This document shows, piece by piece, positions 48,308 through 59,000 of a stretch of 64,000 bases of DNA (the stretch's first letter is position 1; each line of letters opens with the position of its first letter). Where the stretch lies: the IMG/VR virus record IMGVR_UViG_3300032308_002246, positions 32,001 through 96,000 of that record; one strand, 5' to 3'. The stretch is from a virus. The position numbers and the translations under genes are program-made. A model generated the notes under the pieces. It searched no databases. It worked only from the letters and a program-made list of their open reading frames with translations, and had not been told where the DNA came from.

Positions 48308-50866
48308 TTACTGCGAAGGAGACTCTTCGTAGCCGTCAATAATTGAACCAATTCTTGATGTAAGTTTTTCCCCTGTTGTCGACCAACTGTATGTCTTATT
48401 ATTTTTAAAATCTGTATATGTGTAACCAAATGGATTTGAGCGAATACTTGGGTCGTCAATGTTTTTGTCAACTTCAAGCGTTTTCATTACAAGGTCGTAT
48501 CCGGCGGCCCGTATTTTCTTCCTTGTTTTTTCTGAACTTTCGGCAATGTTTTCAGATAGTAGTCTGAGCATTTTTACAGCATTTTCTCTGTTTAGTGAGA
48601 TTCTGTTTGACAAGTAACCATTGTTTATCAACCCAAAATCATTTGCCATAAAAGCAAATCCAAACCAGTCTCGCATCTCTGTGTCAGTCATTGGGCCTTC
48701 TGGGACTCCGTCTGAGCCGTTACTCAAAACACCTGACCCAAGAAGCGAGTTGACCTTGTGAACTGGGTTTGAAAGAGACCCTTTTCCTCCGGAAATTTGC
48801 TCCCACAAAGGCACTCCTGTAGTTTCTGATAGATATCCAGGAAAATTGTTTTCCAATGTTTTGTTGGACATTGAACCAATCGGACCAGGCTCAATAAAAG
48901 GTGCAACGCCGGTTTTTGATTTTGAACCACTAAAGCTGACTTGTCTTTCCTCTAGAAGCTTGAAGAAGTTTTTTAAGTCTTCATAAGCAGGGAACGCTTG
49001 TGCATAGTCTGAATCCTTGCCCAATCTTTCAATCATTTGCTCAGCAACAGATTCTCTTTCGTCTTGCGAGATAGACCAAAGTAGCGGTGGATTTTGTCCT
49101 ATTTCAATTTTCCACCCATCAAGAGTTGATGTTATCTTTACACCGTTGTTTTTGCTGATTTTTTTGTTTGAACCGCTAAAGTAATTTTCAAAATTGTTAT
49201 AATTTATTAGTTCTTCATCTACGCCATTTATCCCCATGAAGTAGATGCCGGCTCTGCGCATATCAAAGGCCTTATATTGTTCTTTTGCTGGATTTTTGCT
49301 ATCGCCCTTTAAGACCAACATCATGTAGTCAGCCGGTGTTCTGCCCAATAGTCCATACCCAGTTTTTTCTAGCAGTTCATTTTTTTTGAAGTTTTCATCA
49401 AGATGATTTTCAATTAATGGCTGTATGTCATTAGCCATTAACCAAAAATCAAACCAGTCAACTGGCTCTCCGTCAGTAAAACTGCTAAATCCAAACACAT
49501 CGCCGTATTGATTGTTTTTCAAAGACTGTCCGTCAGCGTCTGCTCCCTTTGGGCTAGATGAAATCCAGGAATGAAGTGGGTTTGCCGAAATTGATGTTCC
49601 AAATTTTTTTCTTTGGTTCACAACTCCATTTGCAAGGTCGGTATTAAGAAGTTGGTTCAAAGATGAAATTTTGCCAACAGGACTATTTTGTTCTTGTATT
49701 TCGTACTTGAGTTGCTTTATGTTATTTACGTCTCCAGGGTTATCCCAGTAGTCATTGTGGTTAAACTTAATCCCACCATCCGCCAGTGATTGCTGCATAA
49801 GCAATAGGGATTCAAACTCTTTTTTCAGTCCTAGAATTTGGGCGGACCTCGTCATCTTCCATATTCTCGTGGGGTAGGCCAACCAAGGGTCTTGTCCAGC
49901 ATCCCAATTTATGTCTTCAATATACGTGGATGTTTCCACATCCCATCCAAGGGCAAGAGCATTTATTTTTATTGCCTCTGCGACATTTTTCAAAAACCTT
50001 CTATTTTTTTTGAGTCTTTTCAGCGGCTTTCCAGCGATATTGTATTTTTCTCCATAAGCACCACTGCCTCTATCGATTGGGAACATCCACCAGTCGTAGT
50101 GGTCGTTATGTATTTTGCTCCATTGAGAAGAATCTGCTAGCTGTCTGTGTTTGGCTAGTTCAAGGGCTTGGTGGGTTATTACAAACCTGTCACCACCGTA
50201 TGGGGTTGTGTTTATAAATCTTGCTCTTGGAATTGTGCTTTTAGGCAGTATCGAAGACGGTCTTTGGTAATTTGAAAGTATGTCTGACTGTGGTTCAAAG
50301 TCTTCCTGGCTATCCATGGTTTCGTAAAAGTTTGGGGGAGGAAACTCGTACGACTCTTCAAAGTTTGGGTCTAGACCAGCATCCTCAAGATATGCACGCC
50401 AGGCATCGTTGTAGTCAATCTCAAGTTCTTCTTCTTCAAAATCAGTCAAGTTATTTCCAACTTCAAGAGAACTCATATCGTCAAATTCAAAATCGTCAAA
50501 TAGTTCATCTTGCCCAAAAAGCGATGGTTGAGATTGGTCGTCTATATCAAACTCGGCATCAGCTACTGGTTCATCTTTTGAAACTGCACGGTTTACAAAA
50601 TCTCTAGCTTTTCTTCTTTTTGACCTATTGTTCTCCATCTGCCCGACTGGACCGCCTGGGGTTGGGTCAATCACTCCACGTCCACGATTTATGAACGGAA
50701 CACCCTCAAGAACATAGGGGTCGTTGTCTGCGTTTCGTGCAGTACTTGGGTCAAGATTTCTTCCAGCAGAACCTATGGGCATGCCAATAGCTTTAACGCC
50801 TAAGTTGGCATTAATTTTTCTATTTGCTCTGTTTCCAGATTCTCTGATTTCAGTTGGTTCGGCCAT
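48308..50866 (-). CDS. 852-aa protein with DPTPG module and OGFr-N/DUF1810-like domain
   Basis: KAIG...DP.TA.NADND..VLEG.P.INRGRG..DPTPG; HNDHYDWWMFPI...RIWKMTRSAQILG; 3 linker motifs. Confidence 0.7.
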   Translation of the reverse strand: MAEPTEIRESGNRANRKINANLGVKAIGMPIGSAGRNLDPSTARNADNDPYVLEGVPFINRGRGVIDPTPGGPVGQMENNRSKRRKARDFVNRAVSKDEPVADAEFDIDDQSQPSLFGQDELFDDFEFDDMSSLEVGNNLTDFEEEELEIDYNDAWRAYLEDAGLDPNFEESYEFPPPNFYETMDSQEDFEPQSDILSNYQRPSSILPKSTIPRARFINTTPYGGDRFVITHQALELAKHRQLADSSQWSKIHNDHYDWWMFPIDRGSGAYGEKYNIAGKPLKRLKKNRRFLKNVAEAIKINALALGWDVETSTYIEDINWDAGQDPWLAYPTRIWKMTRSAQILGLKKEFESLLLMQQSLADGGIKFNHNDYWDNPGDVNNIKQLKYEIQEQNSPVGKISSLNQLLNTDLANGVVNQRKKFGTSISANPLHSWISSSPKGADADGQSLKNNQYGDVFGFSSFTDGEPVDWFDFWLMANDIQPLIENHLDENFKKNELLEKTGYGLLGRTPADYMMLVLKGDSKNPAKEQYKAFDMRRAGIYFMGINGVDEELINYNNFENYFSGSNKKISKNNGVKITSTLDGWKIEIGQNPPLLWSISQDERESVAEQMIERLGKDSDYAQAFPAYEDLKNFFKLLEERQVSFSGSKSKTGVAPFIEPGPIGSMSNKTLENNFPGYLSETTGVPLWEQISGGKGSLSNPVHKVNSLLGSGVLSNGSDGVPEGPMTDTEMRDWFGFAFMANDFGLINNGYLSNRISLNRENAVKMLRLLSENIAESSEKTRKKIRAAGYDLVMKTLEVDKNIDDPSIRSNPFGYTYTDFKNNKTYSWSTTGEKLTSRIGSIIDGYEESPSQ

Positions 50867-50880
50867 GCCGCACCACCGAA

Positions 50881-52380
50881 CTAGTTGAGCTCTGTTTGAG
50901 GCTTTGATTCGTCTTGGCTGTTAGAAAAACCCTCTTCAGCCGCAATCATTTCAAACTCAAGAAGCGTTGAAAGGAAATTATCTGCTGCAGACTTTTCTCC
51001 AGTTTCAAATCTCTTTTTAGTTTCTTCATCAACCCAGCCATCTGGAATGATATTTTCAAGACCCAGTGCCATTGCTCTTTTCATGATATGCATCTTTGCA
51101 ACATCACTCTTTGAGCGTTCCCATGCCATGATTGCATTTCTTAGGTCCATCTCGTTAGCAATTGGGAACTTACCGTCTTCCATTGCTTCGCCAGACTCTG
51201 ACATTTCTTTCTTTTGAATGTCGCTATAAGAACGCTTCAGAGCAATTTCAGCAGCTTCGGCTTCGATTGCGAGAGCTTCGTCTTGAGTGTACTCGTCGTA
51301 CCCAAGAACATCGCCATCAAGCGAAACGAACACATCGTAGGACTTTCCGTCAATGCCTTCAATTTCTACTGCGTATGCGTCAAAGCCCTCAAAAATGTCT
51401 GCTTCAACAGCTACAACATCGCCCTGAATGCTCTTTGTTGCGATACCGGCAGCTTCGCTAAATGAAATTAGATTTGTTGGCTGAAAACCAGATTTAACCT
51501 GCAGAACTTCTTCGTTCAACATGTGCCAGCCCATAACTTCGCCGGTTGAACCGTCAAAGAAGATTTCAATTGGCTTTCCGTCTTTTCTTTCAACATCAAC
51601 AACAAACATATCAGCGACATCTGAATAGCCAGAATCAAGAACCTTGCCGCTAAACATGTCTTCAGCTCTACCTTCAATTTCAAGTAAAGCTGGCATGTCG
51701 CCTTCTTTAACACAGCCGCCTGGGCAGTTGTCGCAAATTCCAGATGCACCTGGATAAACCTTACGCTCAATTGCGCATACGAATACATCAGAGCCAAAGT
51801 CTTCAGACTTATAACCCATGCTTCTTAGTCTTCTGTTCTCCATCATCTGACGATTTGGTATTTCGTCTTCTTGCTCTGGCATTTCTTCATCAAGCTCTTC
51901 TTCTTCAACGAGCTCTTCTTCTGCCATCGGAGCCATCTGTCTTTTTCTTTTTGGAGCCGAACGCATGGCGAGCATTTCATCCATGTCGTCGTCCATCTCC
52001 GTTTCGTCGTCTTCAATGTCCATGTCCTCTTCGTCCATGTCCATTTCTTCGTCGTCCATTTCTTCTTCGTCATCTTCTTGGACGTCGTGTTCTTCATCTT
52101 GGTAGACATCGCCATAAGCTCTCATGGCTGCCTTTTCTTCTGCCATTTCCATTTCCATCATTGGCTTCTTTTTCTTTTTTGGCATTGGGGCAGGCATGTC
52201 TTCATCCATTTCCATGACTGCATCGTCCATCATCTTCATGGAAACAGCCATAGCTCCGCATTTGCCACAGACCTTGTCTCCAGCTTTATAACCACACTCG
52301 GAAGAATCAAGACCTTTTGCACACTGAACAAGTTCTCCGTCAGCATCAATTTTTACCATAGGACCGTCACCCATTGCCAT
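50881..52380 (-). CDS. 499-aa protein: Cys-rich domains, acidic Met-rich tract, two PepSY-like domains, DUF6582-like C-terminus
   Basis: CAKG..C...CGKC; EEMDDEEMDMDEED tract; ISFSEAAGIA...GDVVAVE...AYAVEI...GKSYDVFVS.DG.VL plus an upstream copy; DGKFPI....DL.NAI...HI.KRA..LG...IP..W. Confidence 0.7.
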   Translation of the reverse strand: MAMGDGPMVKIDADGELVQCAKGLDSSECGYKAGDKVCGKCGAMAVSMKMMDDAVMEMDEDMPAPMPKKKKKPMMEMEMAEEKAAMRAYGDVYQDEEHDVQEDDEEEMDDEEMDMDEEDMDIEDDETEMDDDMDEMLAMRSAPKRKRQMAPMAEEELVEEEELDEEMPEQEDEIPNRQMMENRRLRSMGYKSEDFGSDVFVCAIERKVYPGASGICDNCPGGCVKEGDMPALLEIEGRAEDMFSGKVLDSGYSDVADMFVVDVERKDGKPIEIFFDGSTGEVMGWHMLNEEVLQVKSGFQPTNLISFSEAAGIATKSIQGDVVAVEADIFEGFDAYAVEIEGIDGKSYDVFVSLDGDVLGYDEYTQDEALAIEAEAAEIALKRSYSDIQKKEMSESGEAMEDGKFPIANEMDLRNAIMAWERSKSDVAKMHIMKRAMALGLENIIPDGWVDEETKKRFETGEKSAADNFLSTLLEFEMIAAEEGFSNSQDESKPQTELN

Positions 52381-52573
52381 TTTTTTGCTCCTTGTATTGC
52401 ATGGTTGTCGAAAGACAACCCTTTGGGCTCATGCATCCACCACACGGAAACTGGCGCTTTTCGCCAGCAACAATGCACTGATACTTTGCCTTAGAACTGT
52501 TTTCTTTAGTAGGTTTAGCATAACCCATAACAGGGTTCTTGCGGTTGTACCCACTTTTTCTTTCTGTATTCAT
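52367..52573 (-). CDS. Small Cys-rich protein
   Basis: YQC...PCGGCMSPKGC resembles FVC...ICDNCPGGC in the downstream gene. Confidence 0.55.
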   Translation of the reverse strand: MNTERKSGYNRKNPVMGYAKPTKENSSKAKYQCIVAGEKRQFPCGGCMSPKGCLSTTMQYKEQKNGNG

Positions 52574-52577
52574 AAAA

Positions 52578-53078
52578 CTATTTACTTCTGTTTTTCCATT
52601 TTTCCGGAATCATGTCTTGCCGCCCCAAAGATATGGCTCTTTTTATTATGTGCTTTTTTGCTCTGGCCTTGTTTTTTGCTCGACCATAAGCATAAATTGC
52701 GTTCTCTAAATCTGATTCATTTTCAATTGGGTATGAGCCATCAGGTAATGCCATCCCGGTTTTTGCAAGCTTTTCACGTGATTCTTCGCTGAACAATCTT
52801 TTTTCATTTAAGTAAGAAAGCTCGTTCAATTTATTCACAAGTTCGTCAACCAAAAGTGGACCCATTGATTTAGCGTCAACAAGCACTACGCCTTTTTCGT
52901 TTGCAGATGACTCAAATCCGTATTTTTCTAGAATTTGGTCAACTTCTGTTTTGAGATTGAATATCTCCGACAATTCACTTTGGATAACAATTTCTTCTTG
53001 AAGCGTATTGTCAAGAGATTCAAGACTTTTTATTGACATTTCATATTTGTTTGTTTGAGTTGAAGTATATATTTTCAT
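52578..53078 (-). CDS. Hypothetical protein with DUF6582-like C-terminal domain
   Basis: REKLAKTGMALPDGSYPIENESDLENAIYAYGRAK...HIIKRAISLG..DMIPEKW, paralogous to the C-terminus of the 499-aa protein. Confidence 0.7.
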   Translation of the reverse strand: MKIYTSTQTNKYEMSIKSLESLDNTLQEEIVIQSELSEIFNLKTEVDQILEKYGFESSANEKGVVLVDAKSMGPLLVDELVNKLNELSYLNEKRLFSEESREKLAKTGMALPDGSYPIENESDLENAIYAYGRAKNKARAKKHIIKRAISLGRQDMIPEKWKNRSK

Positions 53079-53084
53079 ATGAAA

Positions 53085-56000
53085 TTACCCTCTATCTCGT
53101 GGAACCGTGATTCCAGGTATGTTGTATCTTGGGAAGTTGGATGAGTAAAGCCTTGTTGGGTCCTCAAGTGACACTCCGCTTCTCGTCTTTTCCATTGCAT
53201 CAATCTGTGAAACACCATCAACATCTCTGTTCTCAAGCATTTGCCTTCTGAGTTGCAGATAGAACCAGTTCCTTCGTTTTTGAAGCTTTGGAAGGTAAGA
53301 CACAAGCTTTCTTACTTCGGCTTTTTTCTTATCACGAGCATCTCCAGCATGTGTCCTCATTCTTGACAAATACTCAAGTCTTCCGATGATTGTGTCAAGG
53401 GCTGCGTCTGAAGCTGTCCATCCAGAGAAAAGCATGTATTCAGAAGCTTCTTCGGCACCACCATATGGAAGAACGGCATCACCTTCTTCGTACTCTCTTA
53501 TGGCGGCTTCCGCGTTGCCCTTTGTCACTCTTGCACCATTTCTTCTAACTGGGTCATTTGATACATATCTGCTCCCAGGTATTCTTCTCATTTCCCCAGC
53601 TGGCCCATCGTCAAATGGGAGTTCTGGCTGTTCGTTTTCAAAAACCCCAGATTCAATGATTGGGTTCTGGGGTTGCTCTTGTCTTTGTGGTGGGTTTTGT
53701 GAAGAAACCCGTGATGGGGCGAATGGATTAAATGTTCTGTCGTTTCTGTCCATTCTCTTAGCACCACTAAGAGCCTCAAGCCTGCTGTCAAAAGGACGGC
53801 TAGCCGTAACATTCCTGTTAGCCGTGTCAATTATCACCCACTTGCCATCTTGGGTTGGTTTTATGTCGTATCTTTGCGGAACAAAACGTCTGCCCATTGC
53901 GCCAACAGGACCACCATCGCCGCCGTCAGAACCATATGGAGGACTGTTGAACAACTTGTTAAGTTCTTCAATTTCACGCGCAGTGTCTACGTCAATGTCC
54001 GGTTCAGTCGTTTCTTGACCATATGAGAAATAACCAGCATAAGGTCCGCCAAGGTCATCTATTTCTTCTACTGAGCGTTCATTGCCATTTGCATCGTAAA
54101 GTATGTTCTTGTTTCTTTCGGTTGCTGATTGGAACCAATCAGAAAATCCATCTCCAAGCTCTGCTCTTCTTCTTGCAATAAGTCTCTCAAATGTCTTGCG
54201 TCTATCGTTCTGAATCATCCGCTCAGCTCTCTCAAACGGGGTCATCAAAGCTGCCATACGTGCCTCAAGTATTTCTTTACCCTTTTTGGAGTAATCAACA
54301 ACTTGATTTGCAGATATATCTAAATCTCCGGCGACAGAAAGAATATCGTAAGGCATTCCATCCATCTCGCCCATTTCATCTCCACTCATTTGTGAGTCAA
54401 ATATTCTTTGCGTGAGGTAGTGATGAATATCAATTAAGTCATCGTCTGTCGGATTTTCCCAATCCCTGTCTTCAATCGTAGAAAATCTTTTTCCAATTTG
54501 TTCTGCAACAATTTTCCAGTTGTCGTCGCCGTAAACCTCGTAGAGCCTTCTGTCAACATGCCTACTACCGCTAATTGGGTTTTCAGGCATTGAACCAGAA
54601 GACATAAGCCCAACTGGACCTTGAGGGGGATTCTGTTGTATTTCTCTAATCGCGGCTTGTGCGTCTTCTGAGTCAAAGTATCTTCTTTGAATTTCTCTAC
54701 CAACAGATTTTAGCTCTTTCATAATTGCAGATTTAGCGGCTCTGTCTTTTCGATGCGGTCTTCCATATGAACCGAATAGCTTTTCCATTGCATCGTTCCA
54801 TGCGCTCACAAGTTCATCATCAGACATATCTGAAACATTTTTGCCAGACATTGCCCCAATAGGTCCAAAATCATCATAAGAAAGATTCATCTCCCTGTAG
54901 GCATAGTCTATATTTTTAATCAACTGCCTTGGGCTCATGTCTGAGTCAATGCGCATTTCAAGTTCATCAAATGTAATGTCTCCAGATTCAAGCTGACTTA
55001 TAATTTCATCAACGGCATCAAGTGAGCGTATTTCATTTGCTCTTTCTCTATCTACAACATTTAGTCTTCGTCTTATATTTTGCTGACTGGTTGAATGTCT
55101 CTGAGCAAGCTGCGCTATTGCTTGTCCCTCTGGCACCGATGAAAGCAAATCTGTCAATTCGTTGTAAATCTGAATGTTGTATGAATCGTCAATTTTTCTT
55201 TCTTCTGTATCTCTAGGTCTTACATACCTTCCCATTTTCCCAAAAGGAGAAGAATTCATTTCTGGGTCAAATGGCATTGTCCCAGAAATCTCGTATTCAC
55301 CATTTTCAAGCCTCGTAATAGAAACACCAAACTCATCCACATATGGACCATTTGCAGTTTTCATTATTCTCTCAAGTGCGGCGTATCTGTCTAAGACATC
55401 GTTAAGCTGCGAGTCATTCCTGTTAGCAGAATTAAGTATTCTAGAAAGCAATCTTTGCGATTCAGCTTTTCTTTGTGCATTCGGCATTGACGCATATGTT
55501 GAATCGTGCTTATTTGGTTTCCAAAATTCAGTTGGAGAATAGTTTGGAACACGTGCGGCGTTCAATCCCAGTGAACCAACCGGGCCGGTATCAAAGCTAT
55601 TAATTTGATTTTGTCTACTTGCTCTAGCAAGTTTTTCTTTGGCTCTGTTGTAGGCTGCAATATCTGAAGCACTTGACACCGCAAAACTTCTTCTGTCTCC
55701 GCCAATTCGACGGCTCAATTCATCTAGTGAATACGGCAGAGATGTTGGTATTGGTTCTGCAGTTGACCTAACGGCAATCATGTATGGGTCAAATATCTTT
55801 CGTTGGCCATCTGCTTTGTCTGTTGCATGTAGAGATACATTGCCGTCTGCATTTTTGACAAACTTGACAAGTTCAACTGCGTAAACTTTATTTCCGTATG
55901 GGAACTCTGCGTCAATCACATCCCTGTCTGCTGTTGCCAGCGTATTTGCAACGGTTCCTTGATTATCGTCAAGAGATATGAACAAAGTTCTGTCTCGTGC

Positions 56001-59000
56001 ACCCCTTCTGAGCGCAGTTGTCTGAGCAACGATATCAGCAGTTCTTTTCTGCCTCTCTGTTTGTCTTTCCTTTGGTCTGGCTTGCTCCTCACGTGGTGGA
56101 GTTCTTTCTTGCTGACCGGGCTGTTCCTCTCTTGGTCTTCTGTTGCCTGAATCCTCTTCAGTGGGTCTGCTAGTTGATTCATTGCGAGGTCTGCGTTCAC
56201 CACGTGGTTCTCTGCGTGGTCTTCTTTGACCCGTCTCGTCTTGCGCCTCCGCCTCTGGTTTTGGTTTCTCAGACTTTCTTCCGTACATTCTGTCAGTTCT
56301 AAAATTCTTTTCCTTACCGTCTTTTTCATCAATGCCGACGATGTATGCGCCAAGAAGTTCGCCGTCTCTGCCAAAACGCTCTTCGTATCTTGGTTCGGTA
56401 ACTGTTCTTTTTTCTGGTCTGTCTGCATCTGGTTTTAGATATTCAAAAGAAATTCCAAGACCGGAATCGCTTGCATCATTTACTGCTTTTTTGATGTCTG
56501 ATTCGGTGAAGTTTTTGCCAAGTATTATTTCGGTATCTGTTTCAATAACAGGAGCAGATGAGTCAGAGCCAAGACCATAAAGGCCAAGCTTTTCATATTC
56601 CGCTTTTATCTCTTGTGCAGTTACTGTTTCCCCAGCCTTTGTCCTTATGTCTGCTTCAATTTCCCATGGCTTTGCCGAAATGAATACGCCATCTGTTGCT
56701 GGATGTCTTCCTCTTTGGGTTCTAATCTTTTCTGTAGTTTCATCAAAGATTTCACCAAGTTCTTCTTGTGGCCAGTCTTCATATGAGAACAGGTCCCCAG
56801 CTACTGGGTGATTCCATTTGACCAGATTGCCATTGTCGTCTTCTGCAACCAAAAATACTGGACCAGTAGAGTTTGAACCAACATTCTTGTGTTGATACTT
56901 AGTTATCTCTCCGGTCAACTTGTTTACATATGTAGAAACAAATTTTCCATCGTCTTCAACTTCTGATTTGTCTATGGCCGGTTCGCTAACTCCAACTGTT
57001 GGAGAGCTTGGTCTTGTAGAAGTTTGTCCAGTTTGTCTGGCAGCACGATTTTCTGCCATTCTTTGTTTTGTTAGGTTTCGTAGTCTGTCCCACTGCTCAG
57101 GCATCAAGCCACCATCAATGTCGTACCTATACAGAATTTTTTCAATCTCTGCATCATCCTGTTCAAGCATTCGTGCAGCATTTACTAAACGTTTTGCATC
57201 TTCTGGGTCTGCGCCAAGCAGTTCTCCAGTTTCCTTATTTACTTTAAGTACAGCTTCTTCTCCTGGCGCAAGAGTGTATCCACCATCTCCGCTTTCGAAC
57301 TTGTCAATCAATGACGATGCGTAAGACCACTGTCTATCTGAAAGACCGCCATTTTTTGCGTACTGGTAGTACATGTCGCTTAGAACTGAATAGTTCTTTT
57401 CTGGGCCAGTAAGGTCTTTTTTATCTTTTGAGTTTACTGTTGCTCTAAGAGCATCAAAATCTGGACTATTTCTAAGCGTGTGAATTTTTTCTATCACCGA
57501 AGGACCGAAGTCTGGAGTGTTTGGACTTTTAGTAACAGACAAGTCATCGCTACCTTGGAATCGCCACTTCCATGAGTCCATGGTCCAGAATTTTTCATCA
57601 GGTCCACTTTCAAGTCTTCTTAACTTTTTATTTCTGGCTACTCGTTTTGCATTTCTTTCATCCTCATCCCAGCTCTCAGACATATCAGAAGTTGCAAAAA
57701 CTGTACCGCCGAGCCTGAAGTAGGAAGGCTCGCCATCGTATCCAGCGCGGTCATTCCAAGAAACAACTCTCAAACCTTCTCTTGGAGAAGTTTGAATTGG
57801 TATAGGACGCAATTCTTCAGTTCCATCTGAGTTAAGGAATAAACCTTGTGGAAACATTTCATCGTCAAGGAACATTCCACGCTCAGCAGCTCTAGCCATT
57901 GCCTGAGCCTCAGTTTGAGTAACAAATGAATACTCTGGAGTATCAACAACCATGTAGTTGTATCCACCATCTTCTGCCAAAAGTTTTCTGCCCAACATTT
58001 CGTGCAGTTCTGGTTGGTTGAATCCACGCACTCTGCGGAGGTATGGCTTCTCCTGCATTGGAACACCGTCGGCAAGGTCTTCTGTAAAGTCGTATTCTTC
58101 TACTATTCCATCGTCTGCATTGGCATAAATTCGTACTTTTTTGTTCTGTCGAATCGCCATTGCACCAATCGGACCATCTGAAAGGTATTCGTTTATTTCA
58201 TTGTCTAGTTCTGTCTTGCCTATGTATTTTCTATACAGGCTGCCGTCGCTTGCATCTGCTTCAACAAAAAATCCTTCGTCGTCAACTCCGTATCTGGTGT
58301 TTGAAACGGATGGCGGCTTTGACGTTGAGCCATCTGCTTTTCTTAGAGTGCGCAAAGACTTTGTCAACCTTGAATCAACATCGTCAATTCTTAAATTGAA
58401 ATCTTTTGCAATATCTGCATTTGTTGCGCCGTAGAGTTTTTGAGACATTATGTCTCTATCTGTTCCATCAAGCAGGTAACCGTGTTCTCTCATCAGGTAG
58501 CGCATCTCAGAGCGCTCTGGGGTCTCTGTAGCAGAGAGAATGGTTGCTTGTGCTTTTACAATCTTTACAACATCATTTCTTGAAATATCGTTGTCTTTTG
58601 CTATTTGCTCAATTGATGAATTTCCAAAACTTGAGTAAACATTTCTCATCAGCTTTTCTGGGTATGAACTCTCTTCATTGTTGTCATTGCTGATGATTCT
58701 GTTTATTGCTTTTACTGCACCAGAAGGACCGTCTGGAGCGTTGATGCCGGAATAGGGTTCTCCGGTTACCGAGAAGTTACTCAAAAAGCTGTTTATTATG
58801 TTTGGAAGATACTCGTCAAGCTCTGCGTCATCAGAGTCGTTTTGTTTTAAGTAGCTCTTCTTACGACCGGTTGAGTCAAAAACTTCAGATGCAAAACCAT
58901 CCGGAAGAGCTCTTTCATACGAAGACATTCTGCCAACAGGGCCTGAGCCCAAACCTCTTTTGGCAATTTCTTTTCTTACTTCTTCTAATGTGTCTTCTCC

